Of a stretch of DNA of 64,000 bases, positions 27,758 through 37,041 are shown piece by piece. Every line of letters starts with the position of its first letter. Positions within the stretch are counted from its first letter, which is position 1. Position numbers and translations under genes: made by a program. Below the pieces are notes generated by a model. The model saw nothing but the letters and a program-made list of their open reading frames with translations. It ran no database searches and was not told the origin of the DNA. The stretch comes from Candidatus Pacearchaeota archaeon. Lineage in GTDB: Archaea > Nanobdellota > Nanobdellia > Pacearchaeales > GW2011-AR1. The stretch spans positions 86,183 to 150,182 of the forward strand of contig JAFCEL010000001.1 in assembly GCA_017609205.1 (NCBI GenBank), written 5' to 3'.

Positions 27758-29437
27758 TTACATCTCCTCTAAAGTTTTAATTCCTAAAAGATTTAAAGAA
27801 TTCCTCAAGACAATCTTAAAAGAATTCACAAGTTTTAATCTGAATTCTTTATTTTCTGAATGTATCACCGGACAAGCATGATAAAATTCATTAAAAATTT
27901 TTGCAAGCTCAAAGGAATAATTTGCAATCAGCGACGGATTAAAATTCTTATAGGCATTCAATACAATCTCTGAAAACTGCGAAAGTTTTTTTACAAGCTC
28001 TATCTCTATTGGCTCTAATTCAGGAACAAAAAAAGTTCTCTTTTTGAAATTAGATTTCTTAATTATAGAGTTCGCACGGGCATATGAATAAAGAAGATAA
28101 GGTCCGGTATCACCCTCGAAGTTTAAAGCATCTTTTTTTATAAAAATTATATTCTTGCGGGGGTTTTGTCTCAGCATAGAATATTTTATTGCGGCAATTG
28201 AAACAGCTAATGCTCTTTTTTCTAACTCACGTTTAGGTATTTTCAAAGATCTCTCTTGAAGCCTCTTTGCCGCAAACTCAGAAACATCTTTAATAAAATC
28301 AGAATAAAGAATATTATCTCCTGTTCTAGATGACATTTTCCCCTCAGGGAACCTAACCATCCCGAAGGGAATATGTGAGAAAATCTTTGAATTTTTCAAT
28401 TTCATTAACTCCATTGTTTTAAACAATTGTTTAAAATATGTATCCTGCTCATTTCCTATCACTATCAAAGATTTGTCTAATTTATATTCTCTTAATTTTC
28501 TTTCAGCAAGTGCTAAATCTTTTGCAGAATACAAAACAGTTCCATCGCTTCTCAAAAGAACAAGAACACCTAATGAATATTTTTCCAAGTCAACAATAAC
28601 AGCGCCGTCGCTTTTTTTTGCAATTTTCTTCTTTAATAATTCATTAGTAATTTCTTTTCCTCTTTTCTCAACTTCACTCTCAAAATAATGAATATCAAAT
28701 TTTGTGCCTAGTTCCCTATAAATTCTTGTCCAGGATTTTATTGAGAGTTTTCGTGTCTTTTTCCACAATCGATTTATTTCTCTGTCAGACTTGTTCTCAA
28801 TTTTTCTATTTATTTCATCCACTTCGTTCTGGAATTCCTGATTCTCAGAGAGTCGCTTGACAGCGTCGACATAAATTGATGATATCCATGCCTCATCATC
28901 TTTTAATTCCTCTTTTGAGTGATATTTCCTGTAGCACCAGATCCATTTTGCTATATGCATACCTGTATCACCACTATAATTTGCACGAATTACTTTTTCC
29001 CCAAGAAATTCTGAAATCCTCGCTAAAGATTCGCCTAAAGAAGTTCCACGAATATGTCCTACGTGAAATGCCTTATGAGTATTTGGCTGAGAGAATTCTA
29101 TCATAACTCTTTTCTTTCCTAAATAAGAGCTTCCAAATTTATCTTTTTCTTTCAAAATCTTTTTAATCAAGTTTTCTGCAAATTTCTTCCGGTTCAAGAA
29201 GAAGTTTAAATAAGGCCCTGATGCCTCAATATAACTGAATCCTTTTGGAAGTTTTATTTTTGATTTTAAATCGAGAGCTATTTGTTGAGGGGATTTTCTC
29301 AATTGCTTTGAAAGAGAAAAACAAGGAAAAGCAAAATCACCCATTGCTGATGATGGGGGGATTTCAATCATATTCTCAATTTCTGATTCAGTTAATCCCA
29401 CTTCTTTTTTTATTGATTCTGCAATAAGTTTTTTCAT
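27758..29437 (-). CDS. argS: arginyl-tRNA synthetase
   Basis: FSQPNTHKAFHVGHIRGT (HIGH) and a C-terminal anticodon-binding domain ending in Met. Confidence 0.9.
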   Translation of the reverse strand: MKKLIAESIKKEVGLTESEIENMIEIPPSSAMGDFAFPCFSLSKQLRKSPQQIALDLKSKIKLPKGFSYIEASGPYLNFFLNRKKFAENLIKKILKEKDKFGSSYLGKKRVMIEFSQPNTHKAFHVGHIRGTSLGESLARISEFLGEKVIRANYSGDTGMHIAKWIWCYRKYHSKEELKDDEAWISSIYVDAVKRLSENQEFQNEVDEINRKIENKSDREINRLWKKTRKLSIKSWTRIYRELGTKFDIHYFESEVEKRGKEITNELLKKKIAKKSDGAVIVDLEKYSLGVLVLLRSDGTVLYSAKDLALAERKLREYKLDKSLIVIGNEQDTYFKQLFKTMELMKLKNSKIFSHIPFGMVRFPEGKMSSRTGDNILYSDFIKDVSEFAAKRLQERSLKIPKRELEKRALAVSIAAIKYSMLRQNPRKNIIFIKKDALNFEGDTGPYLLYSYARANSIIKKSNFKKRTFFVPELEPIEIELVKKLSQFSEIVLNAYKNFNPSLIANYSFELAKIFNEFYHACPVIHSENKEFRLKLVNSFKIVLRNSLNLLGIKTLEEM

Positions 29438-29455
29438 AAAATATAAAAAGAGTTT

Positions 29456-30376
29456 ATGGTTTTAAAACTTATGAAAACCTATGATTTGATTATAATTGGT
29501 ACAGGACCTGGAGGATTGACTGCTGCAATCTATGCTGCAAGGTATAAAATAAATGTTTTAGTCATTGGAAATACTCCTGGAGGAACAGCAGCAACAGCTC
29601 ATAAGATTTGTAATTATCCTGGATTCTATGAGATAAGCGGCCCTGAACTGATGATGAAGATGATAGATCAGGTAAAAAAATTAGGGGTAGAGATTAAACA
29701 AGAAGAAGTTATTGAAATAAACAAAAAAGAGCTATTTGAAATTAAAACAAACAAAGAGAATTATCAAGGGAAAAAATTAATTATCGCTACTGGCTCTCAA
29801 AGAGCAAAATTAGGAATTGAAAGAGAAGAGGAATTAGAAGGCAAGGGAATTAGTTATTGTGCTACTTGTGATGCAAGCTTCTATAAAAACAAAATTGTAG
29901 GTGTTATAGGTGGAGGCAATTCTGCATTGACTGCAGCTCTCTTGCTTGCAAAATTCTCCAGTAAAGTTTATATTTTTTATAGAAGAGATTCTTTTTTCAG
30001 AGCAGAAAAAATGTGGATAGAAGAAGTAGAGAAAAATAACAAGATTGAACCCTTATTTGAAACAATTGTAACAAAATTAAAAGGTGAGAAAAAACTTGAA
30101 GAGATAGAGATTGAAGTAAAAGGAGAGAGAAAAGAATTGAAAATTGACGGGTTATTTATAGAAATAGGGGGAATTTCAAATTTAAAATTAGCAAAAACTC
30201 TTGGAGTTGAACTCGACGGTAATTTTATCAAAGTTGATAAAGAGCAAAGAACAAACATCGAGGGAGTTTTTGCAGTTGGAGATGTTACAAATAATCCATT
30301 GAAGCAAATTATAACTGCATGTGGTGAAGGGGCTATTGCATCCTTTGAGGCTTACAAAGACCTAATCAAAAAATAG
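29456..30376 (+). CDS. trxB: thioredoxin-disulfide reductase
   Basis: YDLIIIGTGPGGLTAA FAD motif, CATCD redox centre and GGGNSA NADPH motif. Confidence 0.9.
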   Translation: MVLKLMKTYDLIIIGTGPGGLTAAIYAARYKINVLVIGNTPGGTAATAHKICNYPGFYEISGPELMMKMIDQVKKLGVEIKQEEVIEINKKELFEIKTNKENYQGKKLIIATGSQRAKLGIEREEELEGKGISYCATCDASFYKNKIVGVIGGGNSALTAALLLAKFSSKVYIFYRRDSFFRAEKMWIEEVEKNNKIEPLFETIVTKLKGEKKLEEIEIEVKGERKELKIDGLFIEIGGISNLKLAKTLGVELDGNFIKVDKEQRTNIEGVFAVGDVTNNPLKQIITACGEGAIASFEAYKDLIKK

Positions 30377-30829
30377 TGGGGATTAAAAATTAAAGAATAT
30401 TTCTTAGAACAATAATTTTTTTAAAGAAATTAGAAATAACATCATATGCTTTATTCCCTAGCTCGAGGATTGTATAAAAGAATAGCAGGCAATAATGAAG
30501 AGAATAATTTCTTAGATATACATATTAGTTATTTTCCTTATATCATGTCCACTCACAATTTCAGGATCCCAAAAGAATATTTTCTGCAAAAATCTCAAGG
30601 AAGATTCTATCCTTTCTATGGAGCAGATAATCTAAGAAGACACACTAAAAAATCTAATAACAAATATCTTAAAAGAAAGAGTTAATTCTACTATCTAAGA
30701 GGAAGACAGTATCATAAAATCTAACAATAATTTTATAAGTAAATTTCTATTACCTGATTTAGTGATTTGAATAGTTAAAATTACATATCAAATCATAAAG
30801 ATTCATGAATTCAAAAGTACTCTATTTAT

Positions 30830-30913
30830 GCGGGAGTGCCGGAGTGGTCAAACGGGCAGGACTTAAGATCCTGTGGCTTAGTGCCTACGCAGGTTCGAAT
30901 CCTGTCTCCCGCA
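30830..30913 (+). tRNA. tRNA-Leu (anticodon UAA)
   Basis: Acceptor GCGGGAG/CTCCCGC, anticodon stem CAGGA/TCCTG with loop CTTAAGA, long variable arm, T-loop GGTTCGAATCC, discriminator A. No encoded CCA. Confidence 0.9.
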
Positions 30914-31021
30914 TAATGATTTAATTAAGTTAAGTGCAGATAAATCAACCCTATTTATTCATTTTGTTATTATTAGAGAATACTCAGTTATCTTTTTATA
31001 CTATAAAATCCTGAAGAAAAT

Positions 31022-31074
31022 GTAGGAGGGTTGACTTCGGTCAATTACGAATACTTCGGTATTCTTCCTCCTAC
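31022..31074 (+). ncRNA. candidate small structured RNA: three-way junction with two UUCG-capped hairpins
   Basis: Outer stem GTAGGAGG/CCTCCTAC encloses TTGAC-ttcg-GTCAA and GAATAC-ttcg-GTATTC. Strand and function are unknown. Confidence 0.3.
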
Positions 31075-31177
31075 GCTTTCTAAAAAATATTAAAATACCA
31101 TTAAATTCGTATACGAAAATCATGATGTATTCTTAAAGACAATAAAGTTTTTAAAGTGTTGTAACTGCAGGATTACT

Positions 31178-32299
31178 ATGAATAATAGGATTTTAATAAT
31201 TTTGATTGGAATGATTGTTTTGACAAGCCTTGTATCTGCAGATTCATGCAGAATAATTAAAAAAAGTGAATGTAACGGGATTGTTCTTTTTGCAGTATCT
31301 TCTCTTGGCGGTCATTCAGAACTTGCAGACCAAGGAAATTATGATTATGTTCTTTGCTGTAATTTCGGGCACAATGGTAAAACTTGCGATGGATCAAATA
31401 AGATTATTGGATTGGAAAGCGAGACAAATGCTCATGCTGAAATCCCATCTTATAATAGCTATGATAACTCTGTCTGTTACGAGGATTTAAGCTGCACAGA
31501 GAGAACAACCTGCAACTCAGATGAACTTCAACTTTTCTCATTATCAAATACAACAAATGCTCACGTAGGAAATTATGAATTGTTTGAAACAAAAATATGC
31601 TGTACATCTGATTTAATTGATTTGGATGGGGATGGTATCTTGAATATTCATGACCCAGATTATAATGGAGACGGAAGACCTGACAAGAGATACAAAAACA
31701 TTGATAAAAATGGGGATATTGACGGAGATGGTATTTTGAATATTCATGATGCAGACATGGATGGAGATGGTATCTTGAATGGACATGATCCTGACTTTGA
31801 CGGAGATAATAATATGGATGAGCCATACGAACATATATCTCCAAATGGGGATATTGACGGAGATGGTATTTTGAATATTCATGATGCAGACATGGATGGA
31901 GATGGTATCTTGAATGGTGATGATTTTGACGCTGATAACGATGGGGTTTTTGATTCCTCCTTTTGCGGTAATGGGGTTAAAGAAACTGACGAAGAATGTG
32001 ATGATGGAAATAATATAAATGGTGACGGCTGTTCTAATTTTTGTGTAAGGACTACAAGTAATGAAGATTCAGACGATGATGACAAAAAAGAAAAAGATAA
32101 AGACGATGGATTAGAAATTTATTATAAAAAAGATTCTACCAAACATCTTGACGAAGAATACCCTTCAACTTCGACAATTACTCTTGATTCAGAAAAAAGA
32201 ATTACAGAAATATCCCTTACAAAAACTCTTCCATTGCTATTCATTATGGGAATTGCCATACTCTTGATAATTATTTTAATTATTGCTTTAAGAAAATAA
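31178..32299 (+). CDS. secreted, C-terminally anchored Cys-rich protein with a TNAH-triplet N-domain and Ca-binding Asp-rich repeats
   Basis: Signal peptide. Three TNAH-type repeats. DGDGILNIHDxD thrombospondin-type-3-like repeats. CGNGVKETDEECDDGNNINGDGCSNFC module. C-terminal TM helix. Confidence 0.75.
   Translation: MNNRILIILIGMIVLTSLVSADSCRIIKKSECNGIVLFAVSSLGGHSELADQGNYDYVLCCNFGHNGKTCDGSNKIIGLESETNAHAEIPSYNSYDNSVCYEDLSCTERTTCNSDELQLFSLSNTTNAHVGNYELFETKICCTSDLIDLDGDGILNIHDPDYNGDGRPDKRYKNIDKNGDIDGDGILNIHDADMDGDGILNGHDPDFDGDNNMDEPYEHISPNGDIDGDGILNIHDADMDGDGILNGDDFDADNDGVFDSSFCGNGVKETDEECDDGNNINGDGCSNFCVRTTSNEDSDDDDKKEKDKDDGLEIYYKKDSTKHLDEEYPSTSTITLDSEKRITEISLTKTLPLLFIMGIAILLIIILIIALRK
31708..31917 (+). 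repeat. two perfect 75-bp direct copies (31708-31782 and 31843-31917) inside the CDS
   Basis: Both copies read AAATGGGGATATTGACGGAGATGGTATTTTGAATATTCATGATGCAGACATGGATGGAGATGGTATCTTGAATGG. Period is 135 bp. Confidence 0.9.
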
Positions 32300-32367
32300 A
32301 AAATTAGTTCAAGATATATTCTTACTTCTAGGATTATAACAAGACTAAAGGTTTAAATAGTTCTAAT

Positions 32368-32645
32368 GGGGGATTGTAATGTAGACCAGGTCGGCGGGTT
32401 AGCCCTCCGCCAATTGCAAATGGGCTTTAGGCAGACTGCAAGGAAGTCGGTGATAGGAGCGTTGGAGAAGTCTTTGTTCGGACGTTGACGTTTTGTCCTT
32501 CTCGACCTTGCAGATGCGAACTGGGTCAGGCCTTGACCGGAGCAGCCCTAAACATTTGTTAAGGTGCTTGAAGGGTAGCAGAACCGAGGAAGAACAGAGG
32601 TAGCTTTTTCAACTATCCTTGAGCTGGCTTTCGGGTCTACACTAA
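32368..32645 (+). ncRNA. signal recognition particle RNA (archaeal 7S)
   Basis: G/C-rich island. 5' TGTAAT Alu-domain motif. GGGTCAGGCC...CCGGAGCAGCC S-domain-like motif. 5' GTAGACC pairs with 3' GGTCTAC. TTTAAATA box upstream. Ends are approximate. Confidence 0.7.
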
Positions 32646-32681
32646 CGAATAATTAATAAATCCTCTTAGCTAAGTCATTTT

Positions 32682-33137
32682 ATGAAAAACAAAGGGGGAC
32701 AGATTTACCTTATTGCAACAGTAATTATCATATCAATAATTTCAGGGGTTACTTTTTTATCGGATTATTATAAAAAAGATAGCTCTACATTTGTTTATGA
32801 TACAAAAAAACAACTTGAAACAGAAAGTGAAAAAGTTTTTGATTATGGATTTGCGAATGAACAAGACGTTAGTGAGTTAATAGAGAATTTTACAAAAGAC
32901 TTTTCTGATTATGCAGAAGGAGTTAAGATTTATTTTGCTACGGGTCAAATAGGAAATATGGATGTGTATTATTATGAGAATGGAAAACAGAGCCTACCAC
33001 ATACTGAGACAGCTGAAAATATTAGTTTTTATGTTGATAATATGAAATATTCATTTGAATTAAATGAAGGGGAAAATTTTTATTTTGTGATTACTCAGAA
33101 TATTGGAGGTGAAAACTATGTTGCTACAAGCGAATAA
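32682..33137 (+). CDS. pilin-like protein (putative class III signal peptide)
   Basis: MKNKGGQIYLIATVIIISIISGV N-terminus. First gene of the pilus-like locus. Confidence 0.5.
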   Translation: MKNKGGQIYLIATVIIISIISGVTFLSDYYKKDSSTFVYDTKKQLETESEKVFDYGFANEQDVSELIENFTKDFSDYAEGVKIYFATGQIGNMDVYYYENGKQSLPHTETAENISFYVDNMKYSFELNEGENFYFVITQNIGGENYVATSE

Positions 33138-33651
33138 AAAAGGTGTGAGTATTGTGATAGGATATGTCCTTCTAGTAACTTTTGCAATTATTATAAGTGC
33201 CATGGTCTATGCATGGATGAAGACATATGTCCCAACAGGGAAACTTGAATGCCCAGACGGAACATCTTTAATGATAAAATCAGTAAACTGTTCTTATAAT
33301 GGAACCAATTATGTCCTTAGTCTTACACTTAAAAACAATGGAAGATTCAATTTAGCAGGATATTATATTCATGCCACAAATGATTCATCCCAAGAAACAG
33401 CGACTATTAATCTCGTTGATAATCTTGACAATGAAGGTGTGGGTGGAATCAAATTCGGATCTTCAATTTTGTTTTATACTGGAAACCAAAACCAATTAAA
33501 TATAAATCAGGAAAAAACTTCTTTATTTGTAATTGATGATCCAATCTATTCCATAAGCATAATCCCAACAAGATTTGAAGAAGTGGAGGGGAAAACAAAA
33601 TTCATTGGATGTGGAAGTGAAAGAGTAAGAGAAGATTTAGATTGCAGTTAA
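33103..33651 (+). CDS. archaeal type IV pilin-like protein
   Basis: KKGVSIVIGYVLLVTFAIIISAMVYAW matches the archaeal pilin/flagellin N-terminal pattern. Confidence 0.7.
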   Translation: MEVKTMLLQANKKGVSIVIGYVLLVTFAIIISAMVYAWMKTYVPTGKLECPDGTSLMIKSVNCSYNGTNYVLSLTLKNNGRFNLAGYYIHATNDSSQETATINLVDNLDNEGVGGIKFGSSILFYTGNQNQLNINQEKTSLFVIDDPIYSISIIPTRFEEVEGKTKFIGCGSERVREDLDCS

Positions 33652-33681
33652 ATTTAAAAGTAAAAAAAGTTTAATAGTTAA

Positions 33682-34185
33682 ATGAAAAAGAAAAGAGGAC
33701 AAGTAAATTTCTCTCTAGATATTTTTATGCGTAAAAAAAAAGGCATATCTCCTACAGTTGCAACAATTTTATTGGTTGCTTTGGTAATTACAATAGGGCT
33801 AATTATTTTTGCATGGTTCAAAAGCACTGCTAGAGAAGCAGTTACAAAATTTGGAGATAAAAATATTGAACTTGTATGCGACGATGTTGAATTTGATGCA
33901 AGTTATTCCAATAGGGTTCTATATGTTTCAAATCTAGGAAATGTCCCAATTTACAGCCTTAACTTAAAGGAATATCAGCAAGATGGTTATGTAACCGAAG
34001 ATATAAGAGATATTAGCGAAAGCTGGCCTGCAGCAGGTTTATCACAAGGAGGGACTTTCTCAGAGAAAATAGATTTTAGCAGAGCCACAAGAGTAATATT
34101 AATCCCTATCCTTGCTGGAAACTCTGAATCAGGACAAAAGACAGTTCCATGCGAAGAAAAAGACGGTATAGAAATTGCAATCTAA
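33682..34185 (+). CDS. archaeal type IV pilin-like protein
   Basis: RKKKGISPTVATILLVALVITIGLIIFAWF. The true start is probably the internal Met near 33757. Confidence 0.7.
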   Translation: MKKKRGQVNFSLDIFMRKKKGISPTVATILLVALVITIGLIIFAWFKSTAREAVTKFGDKNIELVCDDVEFDASYSNRVLYVSNLGNVPIYSLNLKEYQQDGYVTEDIRDISESWPAAGLSQGGTFSEKIDFSRATRVILIPILAGNSESGQKTVPCEEKDGIEIAI

Positions 34186-34681
34186 AATGAAATTTAAAAG
34201 AGGTATTTCTGGTGTAATTGCAATGGTTCTTATGATCGCGATTACATTAGTTGCAACAGGGATTGTCTGGGGAGTCGTAAATAATCTAATAAATAGTAAG
34301 ACAAAAAGCTCAGAATGTATTGATGTGTTTGAGAAGGTTCTCATAAACAACTATTACACTTGTTATAATTCAAGTTCAAAAGAGTTAAACGTCGCTGTTG
34401 AATTAAAAAATGTCAATATAGATAGTGTTCTCATAGGAATTTATGGAGAAAGTCAGTCCACAAATTTTGAATTGCCTTCTTCTGGATATTCCCATGTCAG
34501 ACCATATAATGGAAGTTATGGAGACAGTCTTACACTTCCTTCGCAAAATTCTGCAGTAACCTATATAGTAGACATAAACAGTTTAGGAATAGGAAACCCT
34601 TCAATTATAAAAATCTCACCAAAAATAAGAGATTACCAATGTGAAGTTTCTGATACAATTATGAATATTGAAGAATGTTAG
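34175..34681 (+). CDS. archaeal type IV pilin-like protein
   Basis: KFKRGISGVIAMVLMIAITLVATGIVWG. Confidence 0.7.
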   Translation: MQSKMKFKRGISGVIAMVLMIAITLVATGIVWGVVNNLINSKTKSSECIDVFEKVLINNYYTCYNSSSKELNVAVELKNVNIDSVLIGIYGESQSTNFELPSSGYSHVRPYNGSYGDSLTLPSQNSAVTYIVDINSLGIGNPSIIKISPKIRDYQCEVSDTIMNIEEC

Positions 34682-34718
34682 TCAAAACATTAATAAAGTT
34701 ATTTGAGATATTTCTAAT

Positions 34719-35267
34719 ATGAAAAGAGGTATCAATGAGAAATCCATTAAAAACAAACTAGGTCAAATATGGATTGAAACAGTTATTTACACACTGATAG
34801 CAATGGTTCTAATCGGATTAGTGCTGTCGTTTGCAAAGCCAAAAATAGAAGAGTTTCGCGATAGATCTTCTATTGAAAGAACAATCAACATTATCAAAGA
34901 GATTGATAATTCTATAGAAGAAATAAGAAAAGAAGGATTTGGAAATAAAAGGGTTATTGAGTTCTCATTAGTAGATGGAGAGATACAGATTAATGGAGTA
35001 AATGACTCAATTATTTTTGAGATTGATAGTCGCTACGAATATAGTGAACCAGGAAAAACCTTCAGCAAAAATGGGATGAATATTACTACTGAAAATTTCG
35101 GTAAATACAAAAAGGTAAAAATAATAAAACCCTATTCATATAATATTACATATAATGGAGGTGACTTATCAAAAATCTTTAGTAAAGCGTCAACACCCTA
35201 TAAGATATCCTTGACAAACAAAGGTTTTACAGAAGATAAATTAGTAATTGATATATCCTTAATTTAA
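34719..35267 (+). CDS. pilin-like protein with G/Q...E(+5) N-terminus
   Basis: NKLGQIWIETVIYTLIAMVLIGLVL. Confidence 0.5.
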   Translation: MKRGINEKSIKNKLGQIWIETVIYTLIAMVLIGLVLSFAKPKIEEFRDRSSIERTINIIKEIDNSIEEIRKEGFGNKRVIEFSLVDGEIQINGVNDSIIFEIDSRYEYSEPGKTFSKNGMNITTENFGKYKKVKIIKPYSYNITYNGGDLSKIFSKASTPYKISLTNKGFTEDKLVIDISLI

Positions 35268-35268
35268 A

Positions 35269-36831
35269 ATGTTCACAAAAAAGACAACAAACCAGATAAA
35301 GAATTATCAGAGAGTACCTATAAACTTCTATCCTAAGATTCCTGATCTAAAAAAAATAAGTGACAAAACAAAGATTAATATTCGTTATCCCTTAATAGAG
35401 CCATTTGCTTTTGCGCATATTTACTGGAACCCAAAAGTCTATGAATTAAATTATGAAATCGAAGAGCCTGTTATGACAATTGAAGAAAGTGAGATAAAAG
35501 ACAAAATAGTGGCTGTTATGAAAGAAATAATTGATTTTGAGGAAGTTATTGAAAAAAATGAAGAAAAATTAATGGAATATATTGATGAAAGATTCAAATT
35601 CCTTGCAACAGAAATGGGGATGGACATCCCTTATGACAGTTATAAAAAAATATATTATTATCTATGCAGGGATTTTATTGGATTTAATGAACTTGACCCT
35701 TTGTTAAGAGATTTTTTTGTGGAAGATGTTGAATGCAACGGTATCAATACTCCTGTTTATGTCGTGCATCGTATTTACAGAAATCTAAAAACAAACTTGG
35801 TTTATAAGAATACAGACATATTAGAAGCATTTGTAGAGAAACTAGCTCAGAGATGTGGAAAATACATTTCTTATTCAAAACCGATTTTAGACGGAACTTT
35901 GCCAGACGGAAGCCGTGTTAATGCTACTTATACAAAAGATATAACTTCGCGAGGACCTACATTTACTATAAGAAAATTCACAAAAGTTCCATGGACACCT
36001 CCTCACCTAATATTATTTGAAACTCTAAGTCCTGAAGCCCTTGCTTATTTATGGCTTCTTATCCAATATAAGATGAGTTTACTAATCGTAGGTGGGACAT
36101 CTTCAGGTAAAACGACTCTTCTGAATGCTCTTGCTTTTTTTATTCCCCCTGAAATGAGAGTTGTAAGCATTGAAGATACAAGAGAAGTAAATCTCCCAAG
36201 AGAAAATTGGTTGCCGAGTGTTACAAGAAGTGCAACAGGTTTAGACAAAAGCGGAGAAATTGATTTATTTGAATTGTTAAAAACTTCTTTTCGACAAAAC
36301 CCCGAGTATGTTATTGTTGGAGAAGTCAGAGGTAAAGAAGCTTATGTTCTATTTCAGGGTATGGCGTCTGGACACGCCTCAATCTCCACCATGCACGCTG
36401 ATTCTGTTGAGACTGTTATAAAGAGATTGCAGACACCTCCTATTGAACTTTCACCCACCTTGCTTGATGTTCTCGACTGTGTATGTGTAATGACTCATGC
36501 AACAGTTAATAAACAGGAAACAAGAAAGTTAAAAGAAATAGTTGAGATTGTAAATGTCGACGATGAGGGAATTGCAAATACAAATACTCCTTTTATGTGG
36601 AATCCTGCAGATAATCAATTTTATTTTAAAACAAATAGCAGAATAATAGATAAAATACGCCAAAGATATGGCCTTGGTCAAGGAGAACTTGAAAAAGAAT
36701 TCAGAAGAAGAATTCAATTGATTTACCAATTATATAAGAGAAAAATCCTCGATTTTAGAGAGGTTCAAAACATAATCAATGAATACTATAAAAAACCAGA
36801 TAATGTATTAAAAAGGTTCGGAATTAAATAA
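35269..36831 (+). CDS. type II/IV secretion-family ATPase (FlaI/PilB/GspE-like)
   Basis: Walker A GGTSSGKTTLLNAL, VIVGEVRGKEA and MASGHASISTMHADS. Confidence 0.9.
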   Translation: MFTKKTTNQIKNYQRVPINFYPKIPDLKKISDKTKINIRYPLIEPFAFAHIYWNPKVYELNYEIEEPVMTIEESEIKDKIVAVMKEIIDFEEVIEKNEEKLMEYIDERFKFLATEMGMDIPYDSYKKIYYYLCRDFIGFNELDPLLRDFFVEDVECNGINTPVYVVHRIYRNLKTNLVYKNTDILEAFVEKLAQRCGKYISYSKPILDGTLPDGSRVNATYTKDITSRGPTFTIRKFTKVPWTPPHLILFETLSPEALAYLWLLIQYKMSLLIVGGTSSGKTTLLNALAFFIPPEMRVVSIEDTREVNLPRENWLPSVTRSATGLDKSGEIDLFELLKTSFRQNPEYVIVGEVRGKEAYVLFQGMASGHASISTMHADSVETVIKRLQTPPIELSPTLLDVLDCVCVMTHATVNKQETRKLKEIVEIVNVDDEGIANTNTPFMWNPADNQFYFKTNSRIIDKIRQRYGLGQGELEKEFRRRIQLIYQLYKRKILDFREVQNIINEYYKKPDNVLKRFGIK

Positions 36832-36876
36832 AATTCCTTAGCAAAATATTTAATAAAGTGTTTTTCTTTTGATTAT

Positions 36877-37041
36877 ATGGAAAAAGAGCGTGGTTTGATT
36901 CTTAATCAATTAGCAAGGTCTCTTGAAGAAGCAGAAATAAAACTTGAAGAAGCATACAAAAAAGAGGATTATGATAGATTTAACAAATTAAAAAAAATGA
37001 TTACTGAAATACAGGCAAGAATTTTAGAAGAAATAAAATGA
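36877..37041 (+). CDS. 54-aa coiled-coil protein (not in the ORF track)
   Basis: MEKERGLILNQLARSLEEAEIKLEEAYKKEDYDRFNKLKKMITEIQARILEEIK. Its stop overlaps the next start as ATGA. Confidence 0.4.
   Translation: MEKERGLILNQLARSLEEAEIKLEEAYKKEDYDRFNKLKKMITEIQARILEEIK

Noticed and set aside
30446-30685. 79-aa ORF upstream of tRNA-Leu
   Set aside because: It has basic, low-complexity composition, no recognisable motif and no ribosome-binding context. I kept it out of the feature list as unsupported, though it cannot be excluded.
31266-32085. ORFs overlapping the 31178..32299 gene in other frames or on the other strand (31266..31490, 31404..31844, 31613..31882, 31879..32085)
   Set aside because: They are generated by the internal nucleotide repeats of the real gene. 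They have no start context or motifs, and the sense frame has clear domain content.
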